This document shows, piece after piece, positions 25,901-38,239 of a stretch of 64,000 nt of DNA. This stretch comes from Nitrospirales bacterium. GTDB lineage: Bacteria; Nitrospirota; Nitrospiria; Nitrospirales; UBA8639. The notes under the pieces are model-generated. The model worked only from the letters and a program-made list of their open reading frames with translations, did no database searches and was not told the DNA's origin. Position 1 is the first letter of the stretch, and each line of letters begins with the position of its first letter. The stretch is from contig CBDBCZ010000017.1 of assembly GCA_965203295.1 (NCBI GenBank), forward strand, positions 1,792,001 to 1,856,000, read 5' to 3'. A program made the translations under genes and the position numbers.

Positions 25901-26117
25901 GGAGCTCGGCCGGGGGTTACTGGTACTGGGTGTCTTCCAGGTGTTGGTGGAAGAGAAGAGAGGGGAGCTCGGCCGGGGGTTGCTGGTACGGGGTGTCTTC
26001 CAGGTGCTGGTGGAAGAGGAGAGAGGGGAGCTCGGCCGGGGGTTGCTGGTACTGGGTGTCTTCCAGGTGTTGGTGGAAGAGAAGAGAGGGGAGCTCGGCC
26101 AGGGGTTGCTGGTACTG
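22999..26117. repeat. 63-bp GC-rich minisatellite (~49 units) with five 70-bp variant units
   Basis: Unit GTGTCTTCCAGGTGTTGGTGGAAGAGGAGAGAGGGGAGCTCGGCCGGGGGTTACTGGTACTGG; +7-bp variants with CCAGGCCAGG at 23256, 23641, 23837, 24222, 24607. Confidence 0.97.
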
Positions 26118-26587
26118 ATTGTCTGAGTGTCTGAATTGATGGATCTGGATGGCTGGTTGAAGTTGGTGGTATGGAGGATGGCAATGTTTTCCGCACATGG
26201 CATTTAAGAGTGGTATCGTAAACATGAAGTTCTCTGGTTTCCTACCAATTATTGCCATAAGTGGCAATTATGTGCGCTTCAGCTTCCTATAGGGAAGAGA
26301 ACAGTAAAAACTATATTGGCAATTAGTGACCCCAATGTTGCCCAAATGAACATATACAGCTAGCACGCGGCAAATTATAGAAACACCACAAAATGAAGTA
26401 GCTTCGTACCCTGGCAAGGCTTAAAACAAAGATATGGATAAAGGTAAATTCTGGTATATTTACTAAACACTTGTAATCTCTGGATGACTTCGCAAAAGGG
26501 CAGAAGATCCTGCCGTATGAATATCAAGTACCAAATGTGCTACGTACCTTAAACTTTTTTATTTCGCTACGAGGTATACATATATAC

Positions 26588-27290
26588 CAGTTCTCTGACT
26601 TGCAATGGTGCTCAAAACAGACACCAATGATGTCATCTTGCCACGCCTAAGGCATCCTGTAGCAATGATTTGTGGGCATTACCCATAGTGAGCAACGATA
26701 CACTGGTATCCCAGCCTCATCACCACTCTCGCAAGCATTCCGAGTGCAGGGATAAAGCTGTTCACAAGAACCTTCTAAAGAACAGTTTTCAATGCTTCAA
26801 GAGCCTGGAAGTCAATAGGCAATGGTAGCTGGATCCGTGGAATATGGTTTTCTGTTGGTAGTTTCAGTGCAGGATCACATGTTCCCCAACCAGATGAAAC
26901 TGTGGGCATCTGACTCCACTAGTTTCCCTGCAAAGTGAAGTAGTTATGGTAATATCCGAGCAAATTAGTGACTGGTAGCAAATAGTAGTACCTGTGCATT
27001 CATAGATGTATCTAAACCAACAGCCCAAATAGTAGAGTCTGGCTGCTTCCCCAGAACTGTCACAGCTCGCTTTCGACCTTCTAATCATTCACTTCTGACT
27101 TCCTTAAACCTGCAGGCTCACTCTTCATAAAGACGCGAAGCTCTTAGAAACAAAGTAGCAATGTGGTTACATTAGTCAGCAGTTCATGCACTTACCAAGA
27201 GAAGCATCGCACAACAGGCAGCGTACGTCAGTGCTCAAGACTTTGTTGACCACCTTCAAAAGAAATGCTTGTGGCTTGCGAATCACCTGT
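26588..27290 (-). pseudogene. Decayed spliced gene for a P-loop NTPase, DUF927/primase-helicase-like
   Basis: Manual translation with stops and frameshifts: KRAVTVLGKQPDSTIWAVG..|GKLVESDAHSFIWLG..NSFIPALGMLARVVMRLGYQCIVAHYG*CPQIIATGCLRRGKMTSLVSVLS (Walker-A-like GxxxxGK); GT-AG intron ~26928-26991. Confidence 0.5.
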
Positions 27291-28039
27291 ACATGTGGTC
27301 ACAAATCACTCCCTGGTTAAAGAGAAGTTGAGACACTTAGTTTCGTTCATGGATATCCAGTAGTAGCCCTTGTGCAACTATAGGCACTCACATGGGTCCT
27401 AAATTACATTACAGAGAAAGGCAATTGTTGACATGACCAGGATGTTAGGCTGGGTTCGCTCTAATTACAGCCCCGTCCAATTACAAAAGGATACAGTGGC
27501 TGCAGTTTCATCAATATATCATGAAGTTGGTCTCTTGACCCAACGTGATTCCTATGTAAACTGTTCACGTAAAAGTACATATTGCTATATCGCTCAGACA
27601 TTCGGTGAAACTGAGTGTGAATATTAAGGCTCAACCAGCTAACTTCTTTGAGCAGTGTTGATCAGCATGTGCTTCCATTGTGCTCTCCACTTCTCTACTA
27701 AGCCGTTCATCATGTCATTGACTGGAACAGCTTCGTTGTAAGCTTCACAAAATGCCACAATTAAATGACACCCACGCATGGTGTTTATATATTAAGACAA
27801 ACGGTCCAATAATCATGGCACTATCACCCTATGCGAAAGACTTATACCTCAGTCACTTCTTGCTGCTTGACACACCTGTATCAATCAGAGGGTATACAAC
27901 GTTCAATATTAGGCCTAGGACCAAGGTTCATAACCCTGATCAAAGCAAAAGCCTTCCACGTAGCTTAGAAGTGAACGAGTCACTTCTGTTTCTATTCATA
28001 CCTCATGCAGCCTTCCTCCCTCCTTTTTCTTCTTAGCCC

Positions 28040-31000
28040 ACATGGCAGCATCGCTCAGTGCAGCTACGATGAGTGATGCGCATGAATCATCAGCTGCAGA
28101 AGGAGTTGGTTGTGAGACAGGTTTGACCAACAGTGGCTTGACCTCCACCTCCATTACTCAACCAACTCCTCAAGGATGTGCCCGAACTGAGTCTCCTGTG
28201 CCAGCTACAGATGGAATATATATTATCATTATGTAACAGGAAACTGCTTAAAAATGCTAAGAAAAAAAACAAATAACATACCTTCTCAACAAAATAGAAA
28301 AGAACCGAACAGCCAGTGGTGAGTCTTGGATCCCACCCATGCAATGAAGCGCTCTAAAGGGGAAGTATCCTGGAAACTATTTCTTTGGTTCCTGATTCCT
28401 GGAAGGATTTCTTCTTCTTAAGTGCCCACCCAACTGCATTGGAAGATTGTTTCAGAACATTTCCCCAGTTGCTGAAGGTTGTTAGCTCCACCTCATTGGT
28501 GGGCCCATCCGATGGTAGCTTAAATGGAAGGAGGAGAGCCCTAGAGCTGTACCTGTGGTATAAGGATAACAAAGGTGATTGTTGTCAACAGAGGCAATAC
28601 CAGGTGGTCATAAACTCAAACAATGTCAGTGCACATTGTAAGTGAATATTAATCTATTTACACTTTACTGAAGACAAAGGAAAAAGGATACAGAACACTC
28701 ACTTATTTATCTCACTAATTTATCTTTTTATTGCTTAAAAATTGTAATTTATTTTTACCCCATCATCGTGTCATACTCTGCCAAAAAATACCTTCAGAAT
28801 CAAGCCTTAAGGTGGTTATGGCACCACTCTGGACAAAGCAGGTCTGCAAGAACCTGTACGACGTAGGACCTCTGAGAACTCTGCAAACAAACGTGCTTTT
28901 GCCGTCGGATTTGTGCCGATTGCAAGCTTTATTAATGGTTATTCTCTGTTCAACGTTTTGTGAGAACTGTGCATAGGAACGTGCTATTGCCTTCGGATTT
29001 GCGCCGATTGCGAACTTTATTCTGTGTTCAATGTTGCAAATTGCTCCTGAGATGTGCGGAATACAAAGCAACATGCAGAAAATCAGTTTCTCTGGAAATT
29101 GAATATTTCCGTAAACTCGCCTCTGTAACATGTAAATAAATTTGTATGCATACGTAGAGACTTCCAGTACATTGGCGATCTGACTGATAAGTATCTTGTG
29201 AATATTAATCTATTTACGCTTTACTGAAGACAAAGGAAAGAGGATACAAAACACTCGCTTCACCCAAAGTGCTAAGCACAGTCAACCCTGGAGTTAGCAA
29301 ATTTACTAGCAGGGTTTCTTGCTCATTGGGGGGGGGGGCAGTAATTGCCTTCTAACTGTACCATTTACGTAGGACTTTAACTGCAAACTAGATGGAACCT
29401 TTTTGTGTTTAATTTTATGGAGCCCAGACTTTCTGAATAAGTGTTTTTTTTATCAACACTTGCGATACGGCTTTCTCCGAAAGAGTTGCAGGAGGGATTT
29501 TCTGAGTGGGCATTATGGACTCGGCTAATTCTTTTTTTTGCCTATACAAACTAGGTCACTATACATGGAGCTCTCTAGGCCTGTTGACTTCTACACCTTT
29601 TTGCTGAGTCACTTTGTGAAGCTTTTTCTCTAGATAGGCAACTCCTGATTTGGGAGATCAAGTGTCGGTAGTTGGCATGGCTAGTGAACATTTCTGGGAG
29701 TGCACTGGGTACGTGCTTCTTCAACTTGTACGATAGGGCATGCAGAGTGTCCCTGTATCTCACACACACACAGCAGGTCCCACCAGGACTGGGGACTACC
29801 ATGAAGCAATCTGCATGCCTTACAGTGGGCACAGGGGTGCTCACAAGGTGGGCAACAATGGCTGTACCTGTAGGATGGAAATGAATATTGGCTTTATAGC
29901 TTCAGGTTTTTGTGTGAATTATCTAACGTAGTGTTGCATACATTAAAGTATGCAGTTCAGTAAATGTATACCTGTACGATCATGGAAGTTGCCTTGCAGG
30001 ATTATGCTGGCTCAGGATTACCCTTGCAGACATGGTACTCCAGCAGAGCACCCAGGATGGCTCTGAGTGTAGCAACACTGTTAACGTGCTCTTGGCAAGG
30101 GAAGATTTCTGGTACCGTTGCTTCTCTACCCAATACCGTGAGTGTCCAACTGAGATCCTCGGCAACCCAAGACATGAGGACTGCCACTGGCTGTTGATCA
30201 GTTTCCATCTGGCAAACAATTAGCTCAGTGGATAGACTGGCTATATAAGAGTACTTTGTTGCTTCAACAAAAGATGGGGTGGTGTCTGTAAATTCACCAT
30301 CAACCAGACTAACTGTCTGACCCTTGTGTATTAGGACTGTTGGTTCCTGGAACTTGTTGCAGCAGTAGTATAGTCCTGAAAGGAATTCACCAAAGGATGG
30401 TTGAGGTACTGCTACATTAATCTACTTGTACCTTGAACTCAGAGGAGGGTTTCTTCATATTCTGCCCAATAAATCTCCTGAGACACTGGTCATTGGTATG
30501 AGAGGAATACTTCTACTGTACTGTTTTCCAGGAATCTCCAATACAAAAGCATCACAGACTGGCTGAAGAGCCTTTATGTCCTTAATGGTGGCTGCAGCTT
30601 CAGTAAAGGACTTGTTCTTGTCATCCAGGTCATTTAGAACATAGACTTTGTCTTCATCCTGAACAACAAAACTTAAAGTGGATGGCGAACTATCTACATA
30701 TTCAGTAAGCAACAAGGGGAAGTTTCCTTCTACTTGTACTTTACTATATTTACTAGAGGGGTGCGAACGGAAATAGAGCATTAACTCCCTAAGCTTGGAA
30801 ACCGTTTTTGATTAGCAGTATGACTCCCCATTATGAATATGGATGCCATCCATCCATTCGTCCTCCATCCATACACACATACATACATGAGATATGCATA
30901 CAACCATATTGACATAACATGTTTTCGCTCATGTTCAATCCCTGGAACATTTTGAAGTGCTGTAGCTTCGCACTGAATTTGCCTTCTACTGCCTTCAGGA

Positions 31001-31790
31001 TTTCAGCTCCTTTCATCTTGTCGGCTTGCTGCCCTTTCAGTTTACCACCTTCAAAAAGGGTGAATACCCTTTGCATCAGTGGTATACCCTGGGGGGCTGT
31101 GTGGCCATTTGCAAGGCAGTCTCAATGTATGCAGTGCTCTGCATATGTGAACAAGCCATAAATGAGTATGAGTACGACAGTCACGATGGCAGCAGTTACA
31201 AGATGTATACATGTAACAAGTCATTATTCCACATTACTACTTACCGTTGCAGGACTGGACAAATAAGCCATGCACTCGGTCTTCCAATCATGATATTTTT
31301 GTGTGTTATAGCGTGGTATGTTGGGACTGTGAGACCCATCATCTGCCATGTTATCGTCTGCGAAATGAATAAACATCAGCCTCCGACATGTTGCAGCAAC
31401 TTCTGCAAATGATGTTGCTCGCTGCATTTTGTTGACTTCATTGTGCTGATTAGCCAGCCGCAATATGGCATTCCTGCTCAGGCCAGACCCATATATGGCG
31501 CACTTTCGGGTTAGGTTTTTCTTTTTCCCCTCATTAATCTTTAGGATGGCAAGATATCGATGCACTCCGCCGACCACTTGAAAGGTGTAGGAGCTTATCT
31601 CACGCATGTGAAAGTCATCCTTGGTCGAGGATGCCATCACTACAAGGGGTGCAGTTAGCTCCTCTTGATTCTCTTTCTGGATCTCCTCAGCCAAGAAGTC
31701 TACGTACCAGTCCTTAACCTCTCGCACTTTCATGATGTCTGCTGGTTCACATAGCTGGTCAACTGGTATGTTTTAACAAGACAAAATAGA
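28040..31790 (-). pseudogene. Decayed multi-exon gene: ParB/Srx-like N-terminal domain with C-terminal DNA amino-methyltransferase-like motif
   Basis: Exon ~31245-31772: NIPVDQLCEP..REVKDWYVDFLAEEI..APLVV..FQVVGGVHRYLAI..RKCAIYGSGLSRNAILRLANQHN; further exons ~30919-31138, ~30431-30658, ~29973-30376, ~28282-28552 and from 28204 (PLERFIAWVG..HWLF..|AGTGDSVRA..MEVE); stops and frameshifts downstream. Confidence 0.6.
29575..29880 (-). mobile_element. Transposon-derived fragment (N-terminal Cys/His region like invertebrate P-type transposases)
   Basis: TVRHADC..CCVCVRYRDTL..SHANYRHL pattern; family assignment from memory. Confidence 0.35.
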
Positions 31791-32159
31791 TCTGATTCAC
31801 CAAATGAGCCAAACCAATCTTGTATCCAACTACTCATATGCTGTCACCACATACAATTTTGTAACATGGAAAGTGGGGAAGGGCGGGCAGAACGATCTTG
31901 CCAGCAATTAAATGGGCATAATAAGTACGCCCACCCTGAGAAAATGATAATGATGTCACTTTTGTTATAGTTTTGTGGAAACTACATAATCTAATTTGCT
32001 TTAACAATCGTATGCCTTTCTCCAAATAGCTTGCTAAAAGTGGTAGTAACAGCCACGATGGTATGAGTTTGGAAAACTCACTGTAGATGCTACAATTTTA
32101 TGCTTGTAACATGGCCAACTCAAAATCACTCACAATTGCTAATGAAACAAACGTGAGAC

Positions 32160-32290
32160 CCCAATACTAGAGCAGCATCTTTGAGTAACATGAAGACTCT
32201 GTTGTATGTCTGCCTCTGTTCGTTAGGCAATAACCAATATGTCATTGAAAGTGTATGGCCGTAGAGCAAAATGTGGATTGTGATTACCTG
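32160..32290 (-). mobile_element. Mutator/MULE transposase fragment
   Basis: QVITIHILLYGHTLSMTYWLLPNEQRQTYNRVFMLLK fits MULE domain pattern Q.YTIH....G...P..Y.LLP.K...TY.R.F..LK. Confidence 0.65.
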
Positions 32291-32464
32291 CAAGAATGTT
32301 TTGTAAGAATTGTTTTCATTACAGGTTGCTATCATAAGAGTTGATCACGTGGTAGCTCATCTCATGAAAGTTGATCTTGCGTGTTCACCCCAACTGGATG
32401 TGTGGTCTATGAACATAAGCCGCTAAAATTCCTAACCCTGATGGACATGTCATATGCAGCATTA

Positions 32465-33428
<964 letters not shown>

Positions 33429-33430
33429 TA

Positions 33431-34221
33431 TCTATTATTACGCCTGGTTGTGTCCGTGTGTCCGTGCGTGCGTCCGTCCGTCCGTGTGTTCGTTCGTGCG
33501 TACGTGTGAAAAACGGAAACGGAAGCCGCATGCGCGCGCTCCCGGATGAACTTTCACCTGTGACCAGCGAAGTTCACGGTCACAGGTCAAAGTACCACGT
33601 GTCTGTATATTAAGTGCGAGAAGATGCTAGCTCTTTCCAGCGACTACAAGCCGTTGTCTTGCGATGTCAGGCACTTTAACACAAAGTTTAGTTTCGGTAT
33701 AGTCCTGTAAGTGAAAGCCAAGCAGAGATATAACTGCTATGCTAGGCTAACCACGTCGATGTGCATTAAATGGAGTCGTTGCCGTTCGCCTGCTGTGGTA
33801 TGGCTTGCCTGTGTGGTTTAGCAGCTGTTTGTAGTCTCTCCTCTGACTCACTGCCTCCGGTGAGCACATTTACTGACATTGAACCTTTCTTACTACTACA
33901 GTGATTATGTATGAACATGCAAGTAGCCATGCTGAGAATACAATCAGTACCATTCACTTACAAGATATATACACTAGGTTATGGCTGTGAAGAGCTAGGC
34001 TGTAGTCCCAGCATGCCTATACTGTTTTACAGTTGATTGTAATCTTCTCTGTAGCATCTCCTCGTTGCAGTCTGCCAGCAACACTACAAGCTAAATGTAC
34101 CCTACAGACTAACAAATCACATGCAGATTACATCTTTAATCTCAATCTGTACAGAGCGAGCGTAGCGAGCGAGTTCAACAAACACAAGTAGTTGTGCAAG
34201 CGAAGCGAGCACAACTACTTG
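33431..34221 (+). mobile_element. Non-autonomous Helitron-like element (family H2)
   Basis: 5' TC, 3' hairpin plus CTTG; homologous to 13905-14801; boundaries fixed by empty site. Confidence 0.85.
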
Positions 34222-34814
34222 TAATAGTACAAATGTGCATTACTTGTTAATTCAGTTTTCAATCCCTGTCCTTCACCTATTATTCTCGCTTCTATGTATA
34301 CACCTATTATTCCTAAAGAAATTTCCGAATAATGTGTGGTCTATGAACATAAGCCGCTAAAATTCCTAACCCTGATGGACATGTCATATGCAGCATTATA
34401 TAATAGTACAAATGTGCATTACTTGTTAATTCAGTTTTCAATCCCTGTCCTTCTACTCTACTTGCTATCTATGTATGTATAGTTGTTGCTGTCAGTTAAT
34501 TACAGTGTGAACAAGTAGTGAGATTGACAGCATAAGTGAACAAAGCCGACTAGGAAAAGCTGCAAACCACTTTTTTTCGCTCTTGTGGGGAAAGCCTGGC
34601 TGAGATTTGGGAACAGAGACTCGCCAAACACCCAGATGACATATACAGATACATACACATGTATATTATCGCTGTTTTTCAGATGTGCATGGATCCACTA
34701 CATGCATATAAGCAACCTCAAATTTGATCTTACGTGTAGGCCAAGATGCTTTGCTTGTTGAGTTGGAGAAATTATTACTGACGCCTACATTATCAACCTT
34801 GTTTTCAATCTCAG

Positions 34815-34956
34815 GCTCTGAAGCTCAACCACACCGGAGTGAGCGAGATTGAAATCCTCCTGGCTCGAGTGTCAGCTGAGATCATGACTGGCTGCGTCAC
34901 AACAAGCTACATGTACTGGAGGGCACCTGAGATCATGCTGAACTGGAAGTGCTATG
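34815..34956 (+). pseudogene. Degenerate p38 MAPK-like exon, copy 4
   Basis: CAG|ALKLNHTGVSEIEILLARVSAEIMTGCVTTSYMYWRAPEIMLNWKCY|GTTAGT; upstream flank nearly identical to copy 2. Confidence 0.85.
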
Positions 34957-35938
34957 GTTAGTGTCTTGGTAGAGGAGGTCACCAGGGTGGGCCTTTTGTA
35001 ACCAGGGTCTCATTAGTCACATGGCCAGTCAAGTGTTGTGAGTAGTACGTGTACCAATGAGTTGTAAACGTTAGGACAGATTCCCGAAGAGGACCAATGG
35101 GCTTTTTGAGGAGATTTACAAGCCCATTGGGACCTTAGTACTGTCCTCGTTACACCAATAGTTGAAGGCTCAATTTTTGGGAAATATTGTATAACATTAG
35201 CAGGGCTTCTTTCTCCCCCCCTTCCTTCCCAACTGAAGCCTTGCCTTTACTGTCCATAAACTCAATTGCCCTTACTGTCCATAAAAATTGAGTCTTCAAT
35301 TGGTTGGTGCATGGTGCAGCACTGGCAGCTATTCAGTGAAAATTGGCTTAACTCAAATGTCAGTGTGAGTTAAGCCAGGAGTGCATGAACCACCCCAAGC
35401 TCATAAACTCCTGGCTAAGACACTACCTTGTCCACACCCATTAACACATGCCAAATAGGAGTCATAATCATTCACTTTAGTTAATTACAAACCCACAAGC
35501 GTTTTGAGCAAGTGCACATACGTATTTCAGGGTTGTTGCTTTCTATAAATGTCATATGCCCATGCAGCGATAAGCCCAGCAGGCCACACTCATGGCAGCT
35601 AAATGACAGGTAGGAGCGTCTCTCACTGTCATGGCCTCTCACCTGCCATCAGGCCTTCTATAGCGGTCCTTGCAGCAGCAGACAGTCAGAAGTGTGGTCA
35701 GTCTGGGTTTATCACTGCCCAAAGGATTGTCTGCCTCAGTCAACAACCCTCGCTTGCGTTGTTTTGTGCTTAACGGATGGAGTTTTCGCTTAGTGTGTGG
35801 GGATGTAAGTATCGTTGCGTGGGCATTTTTATAGCATGTGATAGGTGGTGCCTGCCCCCTCGCTTTTTCTGCATGGCTACAAGATATAAGTTGGGGTGGG
35901 AACGAGGCTATACTAGCCTAACTCAGGCCAACTTTTAA

Positions 35939-36574
35939 CTCATTGCACGCCGTAATTACGTCACGCGCGTGATGCTCCACGCTATAATTTCTACAACAAT
36001 GGCGTACTAAAAGTTTTAGCTCAGTGTTTGGCTATTTTTATGCTTACCAAGTCAAGTATCCAGCGAATTCGGCGTTGTACTTGTTAGAAGACTATCGGAT
36101 ACAGCCATTGAAGGCAAAAAGGGGGGCGGATTGGATCCAAGAAGGGCTTCAGGAGTGATAACCGGATACACGGTAAGTTCGATACGAAACTGTTGTCTTC
36201 ACGCTCAGGCGGCAAAGAACGATGGTCCTACTGAAGCCCCCGACTCTCCCCTGAACCAGTTACCATCGTATCCGCCAGTGAAGCTGACTACAGAGCCCAA
36301 CTAACTACGTAGCAATGTAGGTAGCCATAGCTAGCCGTCTTGATCGGTTGTATATTTTGCCGTATGTATCCGTTCTATTACAGATTAGATCAACTTTCGG
36401 CACACTTACATCATTATCAGTAATCACTCTATTCAATTTTATGGCTAATAAAGGAAGGGGTTGCCCCTCCTGGCCGTACAGTTAACTTGCCGTTTCTAAA
36501 GCCGCTATAGTGGCTTGTGGCGTAGCGGAAGGATTACATAATATCCAGTTAAGTGGCGTACGGCGTGCAATGAG
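35939..36574. mobile_element. piggyBac-like MITE
   Basis: Perfect 16-bp TIR CTCATTGCACGCCGTA with TTAA on both sides. Confidence 0.85.
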
Positions 36575-38079
36575 TTAAAACTGCACACTCTACATGTACA
36601 TCTGGGCCCTGAGGCTGGGCTGTAATCACAATAATTACATTCTGTGTGAATGAATATCTGCACTCGTTCCAAACCCACAAGTGACCTGCTCACAATGGGG
36701 TTACTTAAAGCAGCTCAAGTAGAGGGCGTCATATTCCACACTGCCACTGTTTAATAAAGAATTAATTTTTGGGAGCCCATACTGGTATGGGCTAATGTGA
36801 TAGTGTATCTCATGATACTGGTAGCTCAGGGGCTGGACTCTGACAGTTTCCAGTCAGTATTTCTCTGCATTAAATTTTCAACAAACTGCAGCAGACCCCT
36901 AGAACCGGTACACTATGTCCCCAGGCCTCCCTCCAGCTTTATCACTTCCGCTGGCAGAGGCTGGGGTTCGTTAGAAGGCCTGGGAACAAGGCTAAAGGCA
37001 ACAGTTTTTTTTGTGTGTGTGTGTGTGTGTGTGTGTGCACGCACACGTGTGTCCTGTAGCGTTATTCCATTTCTGCTGTTTGATACCCATTCCCGCTGTG
37101 TTTGTAAGCAACACACCATTTGCACTGCATAGTTCCACAAACATTGCACTGAGCATCAGGTTTGCCATTCTCCACGGCTACAGTATGAGGTGAAATGCCT
37201 CAGTATACGGGTGATGGTAATCTTCCTACTATTCAGTGAAATTTTGTACAGCCACAGGCTACGATAACGTCAGTAACCACTCTACCATTAAAGGGAAGGT
37301 ATCACAGTTGCTTTCATATGTGTCTCTATGAGATTAAACACTCAATACTGGCTAGTAGCCAGAGTGTGCACTAGAGCTGCAGCCTCCCCATAGCGGAGCA
37401 TTATAATGAGACCACAAGTGTTTTGAGCAGTGCTGCCTGTATATTAAGAAGGAGCTGCATAGCCTCATGCCCAGGCTCTTTGCATGGGAGGAAAGTAGAG
37501 CCTGGTACGCACAGTTTGTGCATGCTCAGTTCCCCCAGGATTTCTGGGAATTCGGAATCTAGTAGATACTACAAAATGTAATGTTATCCGTCCATCATCT
37601 TACCACCGTCCGTTGCACTAGAGTAGTTGGCGAGTTACAAGCAAGTGACTTGAATTTCGTGAGTTTTTTCTCAGAATGAAACGCCGTCCTTTTCTCTTTC
37701 GCTGACAGTCCCTCTCCCATTGGCTGCCTTGCCTCCCTCTCCTCTGGGGTACCTACTGCTCCTCTCTATTGTTGTCACACTCTATTCCAGTGGTGCCTGA
37801 CCTCTCTCCCTCGTTGGAGCCTGGTCTCAGTCAGCCTCTGGGGTCTCCTGGTACTTACACTGTTGCCTAGCAAGTACCATAGCAGCAGTAGTATCTCTGG
37901 GGACTCCTGGTACGTACGCTGTTGGTTTTGGTTCTCTCCATTGCAAGATTCTGACCACTGTACATCAAGACCGATAAATGCTTAGCTCAAATTGAGTACC
38001 ATTTTGAACTTGTTACACAAACTTATCGAATGGGATTGAAAAAAACATCATAACATTCTACCCCCCTTCCTCCCCCTAG

Positions 38080-38239
38080 GACCTAAAGCAAGGAGGAGTG
38101 CGAACTGTTAGATTAAACACATCCCATTCAGACTGTCTGGAGCAACACCCAAGACCAAGACTGACTACTGTCTGAAGGGCACCTGAGGTCGAAGGGCACC
38201 TGAGGTCGTACTGAACTGGATACAGAGTAATCACAAAGG
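38080..38239 (+). pseudogene. Degenerate p38 MAPK-like exon, copy 5
   Basis: TAG|DLKQ...RAPEVVLNWIQSNHK|GTTAGG with stops and an internal 17-bp duplication. Confidence 0.6.

Noticed and set aside
21750..26117. Possible CRISPR arrays
   Set aside because: Units are contiguous with no unique spacers, no cas genes, eukaryotic context
22948..26134. Long + strand ORFs (GRGERGARPG collagen-like and GELGRGLLV frames)
   Set aside because: By-products of the 63-bp repeat; starts and stops lie within or at the array edges and the Gly-X-Y register is not continuous
28763..29131. 122-aa minus-strand ORF between direct repeats
   Set aside because: No recognisable motif or splice context
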